52,679 nt of DNA from the NCBI GenBank assembly GCA_029865515.1, contig JAOUGQ010000001.1, forward strand, positions 1-52,679, written 5' to 3'. Source of the DNA: Nitrospirota bacterium (GTDB lineage: Bacteria > Nitrospirota > Nitrospiria > Nitrospirales > UBA8639). A program made the position numbers and the translations under genes. Each line of letters opens with the position of its first letter. The stretch's first letter is position 1. Under the pieces are notes generated by a model. The model saw only the letters and a program-made list of their open reading frames with translations, did not search any database and was not told the DNA's origin. Positions 8,942 to 18,045 of this stretch are shown here, piece after piece.

Positions 8942-9141
8942 ATATCACTCATGCCCCTTCACTCTCAATAAATTTTCTGCATTTAAATATATACTCTCCA
9001 TAATAAAAAATCCTTATTTAAGCCACTACTTACAACCAAATTCCCATTTCCATTTTGCCCTGAATGGCCCAAAACAAAAATTCTTCAGATCCTTGCGTCC
9101 CTCATACTAACTAACCCCTAAGCGTAAAACACCCCTCCTTC

Positions 9142-9753
9142 CTATCTGGGAACAATCCGTATAGCTGCCCGGTCATTCACCGTTCGGCAAATATATTGAC
9201 AGACCCCGCAACCCACACAGAGCATGTCATCTATAGCAATACGAAACAATCCGAAATCCATCGAAATAGCCTCCGTTGGACATTTCGACACACAGGCATT
9301 ACAGCCATTCCCAGCCGTACACATTTTTGGCCAAACTTTCGCCACTCCCATATTTACCTGGAAACGCCCCGCTAAAGGCAAAAGAGCATCTGTTTCACAT
9401 GCCCCAATACAAGGAAGATCTTCACATAACTGACAGGGGGATTCTTCTGGAAATATCACAGGAGTATCGTTACTCAATAAGGTCTGAATAGCATCATGAG
9501 GACAAGCTTCCACGCAATCAGCGCACCCGGTACAACGCTCCAAAAACATCTCCTCCTCAACCGCACCAGGCGGACGGAGCCATCCCGTTCTTTCAGGAAT
9601 TGGCTGTTCCTGTTTTGTCTGCGAGGGAGCATCACGATGCTTCACAAATTCCTGGACAGTCGCCCCAATGGAAATTACGGAATGCCGAAGAAACGTCCTA
9701 CGACCTAATGAAGGATTGGGAGAAGACTGATCAGAGAGATTGGAATCGGACAT
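9142..9753 (-). CDS. NapG/MauM/NapF-type 4x[4Fe-4S] ferredoxin
   Basis: LGRRTFLR, LRPPGA, and cluster motifs CTGCADCVEACP, CQLCEDLPCIGAC, CTAGNGCNACVSKCP and CVGCGVCQYIC. Confidence 0.88.
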   Translation of the reverse strand: MSDSNLSDQSSPNPSLGRRTFLRHSVISIGATVQEFVKHRDAPSQTKQEQPIPERTGWLRPPGAVEEEMFLERCTGCADCVEACPHDAIQTLLSNDTPVIFPEESPCQLCEDLPCIGACETDALLPLAGRFQVNMGVAKVWPKMCTAGNGCNACVSKCPTEAISMDFGLFRIAIDDMLCVGCGVCQYICRTVNDRAAIRIVPR

Positions 9754-9812
9754 CAAAATGCTTTCAATTGGCTATAAAAAACAAATTTCAATAAAAAGAG
9801 CACACGTTTTTT

Positions 9813-10811
9813 TTACACCACTCCAGAGGCCCTAAGTTTATACACTTCCACGCATCTGTCGCAGGCACCATACTCGACATCCCAACCCGGGTGATTTTCA
9901 CGAATAAAATCCAAGACAAACCCTTCCAGAGTCTCATCCATATTTTCCACCCAAGTGTAAGTTGGGAATCGACAAAGGGGACAGGGAAACCCGGGAAGCA
10001 GCATAGGCTTAGTAGGCACATCAGGCACTTCACTTTCCTCCACCTCCACAGCCCTCTCAATGACTCGAATCGTATCCGAAGCCATTTCAACCAATTCGGC
10101 ATGAGTCAAATAATCCGCCTGCCAGATCCCTTCAAACACTGATTCCACCTGCCCAGGAGGAATTTTTCGATACCAGGAACGGAATTCCCGAAAACGATAT
10201 TCCCTGGAAAACATCGGCTCCTTACCTGATCGAGCAATCCGGCTATCAACATGAAGGTTCCACAGCACACGGTAACGATTCAAAATCAAATGTTCTTCGC
10301 CAGGATTTAAGCCCACTTTTGTATCAGGATCATATCCGAATGCCTCATCTAACATGTCAGAAATATGCGTTAACTCATGCCGTAAGTAGCGGGTAATGGC
10401 TGGATCATAAAAGCGCCGAGGGATCAATTTAATCCCCACCCCTTTTTTCCCTGCCTCTTCAAATTGACGTGCCAGCTTTTCTTCGACCACACCCCATTTC
10501 CGTAGAACATCCACTCCTTCCTGATCCTCCTTCAATACACCACGCACCAATACAATCCCCGTTTTATCGCGCAGGGCAGGGAAATCATCGAAGGCATCTC
10601 GGAGGATATCGGCAAAACCCCATTTAGCAAACAGATGTTGGTAGAGCCGCTTAAACTCGGGATCTCGGTCATCAAGGGAAAATTTCTCATAGATGGGATC
10701 TGCCAACTCATGAAACTCATTGTAATAGGTCGGATCACCCTCACGTTCAGTCTTCTCCGAAAATGAATCGATAACTTCCTGAAGAAGGGCGGGTTGAAAA
10801 CGAATTTCCAT
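9813..10811 (-). CDS. Conserved hypothetical protein with an HExxH motif and a C-terminal CxxC...CxxC
   Basis: LRHELTHISD; CPLC...CDRC; ATG 10811 with GGAGG SD. Confidence 0.8.
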   Translation of the reverse strand: MEIRFQPALLQEVIDSFSEKTEREGDPTYYNEFHELADPIYEKFSLDDRDPEFKRLYQHLFAKWGFADILRDAFDDFPALRDKTGIVLVRGVLKEDQEGVDVLRKWGVVEEKLARQFEEAGKKGVGIKLIPRRFYDPAITRYLRHELTHISDMLDEAFGYDPDTKVGLNPGEEHLILNRYRVLWNLHVDSRIARSGKEPMFSREYRFREFRSWYRKIPPGQVESVFEGIWQADYLTHAELVEMASDTIRVIERAVEVEESEVPDVPTKPMLLPGFPCPLCRFPTYTWVENMDETLEGFVLDFIRENHPGWDVEYGACDRCVEVYKLRASGVV

Positions 10812-10916
10812 GAGCAAAACCTCCGTTTACCGCAATATCACCACAAGACTGCGTTCATTTCTCGGGAAATGATCACTGCAATAATTCATTCGCGTTTAAT
10901 TTGGGAAGTAGGTATC

Positions 10917-10946
10917 TTGACTCCCTCGAAAAGCGACGTTTAGTAT
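10917..10946 (+). promoter_or_regulatory. Candidate sigma-70 promoter for the WD40 gene
   Basis: TTGACT, 18 nt, TAGTAT in the divergent intergenic region. Confidence 0.4.
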
Positions 10947-11077
10947 CATAACTGCTTGAATTATAGGAATGAGTTTTCCCTTTTGGCAAGGGAATCCTAA
11001 AATCCCAAGTAGATTGACTCAAGAAAGCTCTCAACCGATCTCTTTGCCATCAATCTGTTTCCCAAGCGAGGAATTTC

Positions 11078-12172
11078 ATGACGCACCCGACAAGTCCTGA
11101 CACACTAAGCTCCAATCCCGGACTCATCCAAAACCCTGAGTCACAACCTACACCAATCATTGATTCATTGGCCTACTGGAAGAGCGGGGCCAAAGAACTG
11201 AAATCCTTCCGTGGCCACACGCAAGAAATTTGGTCTGTGGCATTTTCCCCTGACGGGTTAACACTGGCAAGCGGAGGAACCGATCGCTTTATTCGGATTT
11301 GGGATATTGAAACCGGCCGTCTTCTTCGTTCCTTGCGTGGACACACACAGGTCATTCGGGAGATTAAGTATAGCCCGGATGGTCAGATATTAGCCTCTGC
11401 GAGTGAAGACCGGACCATTCGATTATGGAATCCTCAAACCGGCGAAAACCTTCGATTACTCTTTACCCGCTATGACCATGCTGTTTGCAGTATTTCCTTT
11501 TCCCCGGACGGCCTCATGCTTGCCAGGGCGGGACAAAACAAGGATATAAAAATTTGGGAAGTGACTACGGGCACAGAACTCATGACACTCCTTGGTAAAG
11601 ACCAATACGACCACAATTGGAGCGTCTGCACCGCATTTTCCCCTGATGGCATTCACTTGATTGCGGGCACCGACATTGGGAAAATCAAACTCTATGAGGT
11701 TCTGCCAAGTGGGGAAGAAAAAATCGTGCACAACGGCCATTGGAGAGACAATGCCGATGATGAATCGACTGAAAATCGTGGATTTTATGTAGACGACCAA
11801 GGGACATTTCAAAAACCCATGGAATATTGGATTGGAGCCTTAACCTTCACTCCAGATGGGGCCACCATGATATCCGGAAGTCGGGACTGCACGATTAAAT
11901 TCTGGGACATGCCGACACTGGAAGAGCGCCGCACACTGAAAGGTCATTCGGAATGGGTGAGAAATCTTCTTGTCACACAGGACGGCCAGGTCCTCATCAG
12001 CGCGAGCGATGATGGAACAGTCAAAATGTGGGACATTCAAAGTGGCCGTCAATTCCGAACACTTCGATCACACAAAGGGCCGGTCAGGGGAATTGCCCTT
12101 TCATCGGATGGGAAATACCTCGCTACAGCCGGAAATGACCGCATCATTACCCTCTGGGAGGGCGGAGAGTAA
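11078..12172 (+). CDS. WD40-repeat protein
   Basis: About 7 repeats of GH...V..VAFSPDG..LASGS.D.TI.LWD; GAGG SD. Confidence 0.92.
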   Translation: MTHPTSPDTLSSNPGLIQNPESQPTPIIDSLAYWKSGAKELKSFRGHTQEIWSVAFSPDGLTLASGGTDRFIRIWDIETGRLLRSLRGHTQVIREIKYSPDGQILASASEDRTIRLWNPQTGENLRLLFTRYDHAVCSISFSPDGLMLARAGQNKDIKIWEVTTGTELMTLLGKDQYDHNWSVCTAFSPDGIHLIAGTDIGKIKLYEVLPSGEEKIVHNGHWRDNADDESTENRGFYVDDQGTFQKPMEYWIGALTFTPDGATMISGSRDCTIKFWDMPTLEERRTLKGHSEWVRNLLVTQDGQVLISASDDGTVKMWDIQSGRQFRTLRSHKGPVRGIALSSDGKYLATAGNDRIITLWEGGE

Positions 12173-12221
12173 TCCATTTGCACCTTACTAGTTCTTACTA
12201 GCTATCTCAGGGCAGCCCTTA

Positions 12222-13682
12222 TCAAACATCATCCTGATCGCTTTTCATCGAATCAGAGTCTTCACCTGCCCGAATGATACCGTAGCGTTTACATTTTTCC
12301 CAAAGCCCTTTTCTGGATAATCCTAACACCTTCGAGGCCGTCATCCGACTCCACCCGGTTCGATTGAGGATCTCAAGGATATGACCTCGCTCAAAGTGCT
12401 CTCGGGCTTCGGCTAATGTTTCCATCGCCCCGTTTTTAATTCCCCTCCTGCCTTCCAGATCCCCGCAAAACCCGCATCCTTTTTGCGGCTCACCTCCCGC
12501 ATAAGGGCATCGACTCTGTCCACATAGATCCCATACCTGTATTTCATGAGTTTCTTGTGCCAATGCCAATGCGCGTTCAATGATATTTTCTAATTCCCGA
12601 ACGTTCCCAGGAAAGGAATATTGCAATAAAACTTCTCGAGCTTGCCGCGATAATACCTTGGATTCTTGGTGATTTCGAGTCGCCATCGCTTGCAAAAAAT
12701 GCTGGGCGATCATAAAGATATCTTCTCGACGTTCTCGAAGAGGGGGGAGTTGAACCGGAACCACATTCAATCGGTAATACAGATCTTCACGGAATCGACC
12801 CTGCTCAACTTCTTTCCTTAAGTCTTTCTGCGTCGCGCACACCAATCGCACATCGACTTCAATCGTATCATTACCCCCGACCCGTTCAAATTGCCGTTCC
12901 TGTAACACACGAAGCAATTTAATCTGCACCAACGGGGAAATTTCGCCGATTTCATCTAAGAAGAGGGTCCCCTGATGAGCAAGTTCGAACCGACCTCGCC
13001 GTTGCCGAAGAGCCCCCGTAAAGGCCCCTTTCTCGTGCCCAAACAACTCGGCCTCCAAGAGAGTTTCCGGAAGCGCTGCACAGCTCACCTTCACCAACGC
13101 ATGATTTCGGCGAGCGCTATTCGCGTGGATAGCATTGGCAATCAACTCTTTTCCCGTTCCACTTTCGCCAACCACTAAGACCGTCGCGTCGGTTGCGGAG
13201 ACTAACTTGATTTTCTCCAGCACTTGCCGCATCCGCTCATTTTTCCCCACAATCCCTTGAAAGCTAAATTTATTTTCCAATTCATCCCGTAACACCCGAT
13301 TCTCTTCACGCAGGGCCACCACTGCGCACACCCGTTCCACACTCAACAACAACTCATCCATGGAAAACGGTTTAGTAATGTAGTCGTAGGCTCCACTTTT
13401 CATCGCATCCACAGCCGTATCAACAGAACCATGAGCGGTAATGACAATCACTTCTGTGCCAGGCCACAGTTCCTTGCACTGCTTCACGATATGAAGCCCA
13501 TCCACGCCGGGCAATCGCAAATCGGTAATCACAAGATTAAACCGGGAGGACTCTAACCGTTCCAATCCTTCCAATCCTGTACTGGCTTCCTGTACGCCAT
13601 ACCCGACAGCTTTCAGCGCATCAACCATGGAGACGCGCATCAGTGGCTCATCATCAATAATTAGAACAGAGCCGCGAGTCAT
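12222..13682 (-). CDS. Sigma-54-dependent response regulator (REC-AAA+-Fis HTH, NtrC family) with a 4-Cys linker
   Basis: DD...D receiver, GESGTGKE, GAFTGA, LFLDEIGE, FPGNVRELEN and a C-terminal HTH; ATGA overlap with the kinase stop. Confidence 0.93.
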   Translation of the reverse strand: MTRGSVLIIDDEPLMRVSMVDALKAVGYGVQEASTGLEGLERLESSRFNLVITDLRLPGVDGLHIVKQCKELWPGTEVIVITAHGSVDTAVDAMKSGAYDYITKPFSMDELLLSVERVCAVVALREENRVLRDELENKFSFQGIVGKNERMRQVLEKIKLVSATDATVLVVGESGTGKELIANAIHANSARRNHALVKVSCAALPETLLEAELFGHEKGAFTGALRQRRGRFELAHQGTLFLDEIGEISPLVQIKLLRVLQERQFERVGGNDTIEVDVRLVCATQKDLRKEVEQGRFREDLYYRLNVVPVQLPPLRERREDIFMIAQHFLQAMATRNHQESKVLSRQAREVLLQYSFPGNVRELENIIERALALAQETHEIQVWDLCGQSRCPYAGGEPQKGCGFCGDLEGRRGIKNGAMETLAEAREHFERGHILEILNRTGWSRMTASKVLGLSRKGLWEKCKRYGIIRAGEDSDSMKSDQDDV

Positions 13683-16600
13683 GTTCCCACCTTCACCGGT
13701 GTGCCCGCACGAGATCGGGCCAATGGGAAGCGAACCGTAAACCGTGTGCCTTTCCCCTCTTCACTGTCGACCAACATCTCACCTCCGTGCTGCTGCACAA
13801 TTCCCAAACTCACTGACAATCCCAACCCGGTCCCCTCTCCCGTCCCTTTGGTCGTAAAAAAAGGATCAAAAATGTGAGGACGTATCTCTGAAGAGATTCC
13901 ACAGCCTGTATCCTCAACCTCAATCTCCCATCCTTCTTCCTGTTTTCGAGTGCGCACAGTCACCTGCCCGCCTTCTTTGAGTGACTGAACCGCGTTCAGG
14001 ATTAAGTTCATCATCACCTGCTCAATCATATGCGCATCGACCATCACCGGAGGAAGCGTCTGATCGTAGTCCTTATTTAAGGTCGCATGTTTTGCCAAAA
14101 ACACATGCTCGGTCAAGACCAAAACACGGTCTAAAATTGGATGAAGATCTGTTAAGGCTAATTCCGGTTCGCGTTGTCGGGAAAAATCCAAGAGCTGGCG
14201 CACAATTCGCTGAACCCGTCGAAGTCCATCCTCCATAAAATGTAAATATTCTTGAGAGCGCTCAGGCGTCAAAGTCCCCTTTCGAATATTGTACAGACAA
14301 TTCAAAATGCCCCCCAAAGGATTATTGATTTCATGGGCAACCCCGGCTGCCAATTTACCGATGGACGCTAACCGTTCAGAATTCTGCACTTGCTGCTCCA
14401 GGTGTTTGCGTTCCGTGATATCCCGGGCAATGCCCAAGACGCCGTTATGGACTCCTTCATCATTGAAAAGTGGAGCCACACTCACGAGTACCGATCGCAA
14501 CTCCCCCAGTCGACTGACCATCTCTACTTCGTAAACTTGCTTCGTCCCAAGATCTAAAGTCTCTTTCAAATAACGTCCTCGAAAGCGCTTGGACAACAAT
14601 GACAGATACGGCTTACCAATCAAATCCTCTTTGCGATATCCCCACGCCTCGACTTTTCCATTCACGTAAGTAAACCGCAAATCGACGTCCAAGGTATAAA
14701 TCACATCATTCGCATTCTCCAGTAAACTTTCAATATACAGCTTCGCCTGTTCAATTTCTCGAGTACGCTCATAAACCTTTTCTTCCAGGGCTTCATTGTT
14801 TCGTTGAAGCTCGGCTTCAAGCTTTTTATGTTCGGTAATATCCCGGAGCTGGACCATGATTGCGGCTCGTTCGCCCATATCAATCCGAACCAGGTCCATC
14901 TCCATGAACTTCATGGTGCCCTGTCTATCATAGACCTCAATCTCTGTTGTTGGGACCTTCGGTTCCGCACCGCTGACTCGTTCCAACAAATTTTGGCTGA
15001 CGATCTGAAAGGCCGGTGGAACAAGCTTGACGAAGGAATCGCCTTCCAAATCGGAAGGGACATACCCTAAAATATCCCGTTCCCGAGCATTGACATCCAA
15101 GATACGCCCTCCCGGATCCACGACAAATATCGAATCCGCAGCCAAATTAAACAACGCCTTATATCCGGCCTCGGAGTCGGACAATTGTTGCGTCCGCTCC
15201 GCCACAATCCCTTCCAGTTGGGTGGTATATCGTTCAACTTCACGCTGCAGAGCCTTTCGCTCAGTCATATCCCTCACAAATCCTCTTGAATACACCACTG
15301 AATGGGTTCCTGGATCCATCAGAGTCGTCGAATGAATTTCCACATCCATCTCCTCTTGGGATTTTGTCCGGAAGATCGTTTCGATGGAGCGAGCCCCACC
15401 CAAGGCCAACCCCTGGACATACGCCTTCACCACTTCCTGTTGTTCAGCTGGAACAATATCCCACAGCGACATCTCAAGCATGTCGGCCAGTGAATACCCG
15501 AGTTTCTGCAATTCAGTCGTATTGACATGAACAAACCGTCCTGAGGGATCCAATTGATGAATCATTTCCGGAGCATTTTCGATCAGATCCCGATATTTCT
15601 GCTCCAGTCGCCCAATTTCATCGACCGTCTGATTCAATTCAGAAAACGATCGCTGAAGATTCTCCGCCATGGCATTAAACGTCTCAGCCAAGCGTTCAAT
15701 TTCATCCCCGGTACGGATCGCGATTTTTCCCGCAAGGTTTCCACCCCCAAATTCCTCAACCCCTTGAGACAATGCCTGAATGGGTCTCACAATTCGTCCT
15801 GCGACCACCACTCCCGCTCCCCACAAAATGACAAAGACCGCTACTCCATAGGAGACCACCTTAGTCAATAATTGATCGAGCGGAGCATAGGTTTCGGCAG
15901 GATCTTGGCTGGCTAACATATACCAGGACTTGCCCCCAAAACTTTCAGGAGCAAGCGGGACCCCCAAATGCAGAGGAGCATATCCGACAATGGAATTCTT
16001 GGCACCATGCGAATCTGGATCAGCAACCAACCACCCAACATCCCCGCGTTGAAACGCACTGACTACACTGGCAGGCATCACATGTTCTTCTAAAGAAAAG
16101 GCGGGACACAGGATCGGCATCCCATCGGAGGCGGTTAACATAGCATGACCTGTCTTGCCGGCAGCCACCTCAGAAAGGGAACGAAACAACGAGTCCCGCC
16201 TCAGGAGAATACTAATTGCTCCAACCACCTGCCTATGTTGATCATCCCAAATAGGAACACCAACATTCAGTACATGTGTCCCAAACCCTGGACTAAACGA
16301 CAGATCGCTCACAAACGCCTGGGCCTCGTGGCGTTGGACGACCGCCTCCCACCAGAGACTGTTTCCATGAAAGAAATTCACTTGTGGGAAGGAACTCAAC
16401 ACCAACGCTCCTTGCGTATCCACCACGACAATCGCGAGATAATCAGATTTCCGAATGGCATGCCATTGAATTAGATAGTCAGTAGCATATTTATTAATAA
16501 AGACGGGGAACTCATCCTGACTGGATTGTAATCGCCAGTTTTCCTGCCACTCCTGAATGAGGGCCTGAATTTCGTCTGCGTTTTTATCCGTATAACTCCG

Positions 16601-16864
16601 GTTAGAGTTGATGACGGCACTCCGAATAAAAGGAATGGTGGCCAGCTGCTGAGCTTCATTGATCCCTCGAATAATCTGGGTCTCCACTTTACGGGCCACT
16701 TCCACCGCAATCCCCTTCATGGTAATACCCGCAGCTTCCCTAAGAGCCCGTTTTTCTTCGAAATATGTGAGGAGGAGAGAAAGGACAAGGGGCAGAAGAC
16801 CAACCAGCACCATAGCCAGAATTGTCTTGCCCTTGAGTTGGAGGGGAAACCCAAAGCGTTTCAC
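13679..16864 (-). CDS. Membrane sensor histidine kinase (Cache-like, HAMP, 3 PAS, HisKA, HATPase)
   Basis: Two TMs flanking a periplasmic domain, HAMP (DEIERLAETFNAM), three PAS/PAC units ending RDxTERK-like, H-box AHEINNPL, and N/G1/F/G2 boxes. Confidence 0.92.
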   Translation of the reverse strand: MKRFGFPLQLKGKTILAMVLVGLLPLVLSLLLTYFEEKRALREAAGITMKGIAVEVARKVETQIIRGINEAQQLATIPFIRSAVINSNRSYTDKNADEIQALIQEWQENWRLQSSQDEFPVFINKYATDYLIQWHAIRKSDYLAIVVVDTQGALVLSSFPQVNFFHGNSLWWEAVVQRHEAQAFVSDLSFSPGFGTHVLNVGVPIWDDQHRQVVGAISILLRRDSLFRSLSEVAAGKTGHAMLTASDGMPILCPAFSLEEHVMPASVVSAFQRGDVGWLVADPDSHGAKNSIVGYAPLHLGVPLAPESFGGKSWYMLASQDPAETYAPLDQLLTKVVSYGVAVFVILWGAGVVVAGRIVRPIQALSQGVEEFGGGNLAGKIAIRTGDEIERLAETFNAMAENLQRSFSELNQTVDEIGRLEQKYRDLIENAPEMIHQLDPSGRFVHVNTTELQKLGYSLADMLEMSLWDIVPAEQQEVVKAYVQGLALGGARSIETIFRTKSQEEMDVEIHSTTLMDPGTHSVVYSRGFVRDMTERKALQREVERYTTQLEGIVAERTQQLSDSEAGYKALFNLAADSIFVVDPGGRILDVNARERDILGYVPSDLEGDSFVKLVPPAFQIVSQNLLERVSGAEPKVPTTEIEVYDRQGTMKFMEMDLVRIDMGERAAIMVQLRDITEHKKLEAELQRNNEALEEKVYERTREIEQAKLYIESLLENANDVIYTLDVDLRFTYVNGKVEAWGYRKEDLIGKPYLSLLSKRFRGRYLKETLDLGTKQVYEVEMVSRLGELRSVLVSVAPLFNDEGVHNGVLGIARDITERKHLEQQVQNSERLASIGKLAAGVAHEINNPLGGILNCLYNIRKGTLTPERSQEYLHFMEDGLRRVQRIVRQLLDFSRQREPELALTDLHPILDRVLVLTEHVFLAKHATLNKDYDQTLPPVMVDAHMIEQVMMNLILNAVQSLKEGGQVTVRTRKQEEGWEIEVEDTGCGISSEIRPHIFDPFFTTKGTGEGTGLGLSVSLGIVQQHGGEMLVDSEEGKGTRFTVRFPLARSRAGTPVKVGT

Positions 16865-16966
16865 TTTGGTAACATCACAAAAATCATAAAGAACTCATAA
16901 CTCCAATGTATATTTACATTTTGGTACTCCTTTTTCCTCGATGTCAAGAAACGGTAACAGGGCGTA

Positions 16967-17887
16967 CTATTTACCTCGGCTTAATAGTTTGCCCTCTGCA
17001 CCAGGCCAAAGTAAGAGGAGCGGACTGGCCACAAAAATTGAGGAATAGGTCCCAACGATGACCCCCAACAGTAAGGCCAAAGAAAAATCGTGCAACACCT
17101 CTCCTCCCCAAATGGTCAATGGCACCAACACCAAAACAACTGTCAGCGTCGTAATCAACGTCCGGCTTAATACCTGATTAATCCCGTTATTGATAATCGT
17201 CGTAACAGTTTCACGCCTCCTCTGACGGATATTTTCCCGAATCCGGTCAAACACAATCACCGTATCAGTCAAAGAATAGCCGGCCAGGGTCAAGAGCGCT
17301 GTGACCACCAACAAGGTAATTTCCTTATTCAACAAAAAATAAATTCCCAAGACCACGAGGACATCATGAAACGTCGCAATGGCCGCAGCTACCCCAAAAC
17401 GAAACTCAAATCGGACGGCCACATAAAGAATAATACCTACCAGGGAAAGGACGACCGCAATAAGGGCATCTTTCTGAAGTTTTTTCCCGATCGTGGGGCC
17501 GATAGAGGTGCTGGAGTCCACGACAAACCCATGATCAGGAAACTCCGTTTGAAATGCCTGAATAATATTTTTACTGACTTCCTGTTCGATGGTAGTTTCG
17601 GTTTTCACGCGAATCAAGAGCTTCTGATCCTGGGGAAACTCCTGAAGTTCTGCGGCTCCTAATCCATGGGTATCTAAGGCCTTCCTGGCGTCAGCAATTA
17701 ATAGCGGCTTATCAAACTTGAGCTGGACCGCCGTTCCTCCGGCAAAGTCGATCCCTAAATTAGCCCATCCCACCAGAATCCCCACAATGGCCACAATCCC
17801 TACAAAAACCAGAATCCCTGATACCGTCAAGGCAATATTCCGTTTCCCCATAAAATCAATATCCGTTTTCCCCAGAATTTCCATCAT
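16967..17887 (-). CDS. secF: Protein translocase subunit SecF
   Basis: GIDFAGG, IGPTIG, HDV, GYSLTDTVIVFDRIRE, GTYSSIFVA; start moved to the ATG following GGAGGAG. Confidence 0.97.
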   Translation of the reverse strand: MMEILGKTDIDFMGKRNIALTVSGILVFVGIVAIVGILVGWANLGIDFAGGTAVQLKFDKPLLIADARKALDTHGLGAAELQEFPQDQKLLIRVKTETTIEQEVSKNIIQAFQTEFPDHGFVVDSSTSIGPTIGKKLQKDALIAVVLSLVGIILYVAVRFEFRFGVAAAIATFHDVLVVLGIYFLLNKEITLLVVTALLTLAGYSLTDTVIVFDRIRENIRQRRRETVTTIINNGINQVLSRTLITTLTVVLVLVPLTIWGGEVLHDFSLALLLGVIVGTYSSIFVASPLLLLWPGAEGKLLSRGK

Positions 17888-18045
17888 AGCCAAACAGTGC
17901 TCCTCCACAAAGAATAACTCATACCCATGAACGTGCGCTGACTGCCTGCATTAAGAAATCTCCGTATTCGAAAAGACCGCATTTCTAATTCTCAAACAGC
18001 CAAGAGAGCCATCTTGGCCAACAACGAATCACAAAAGAGAACACA

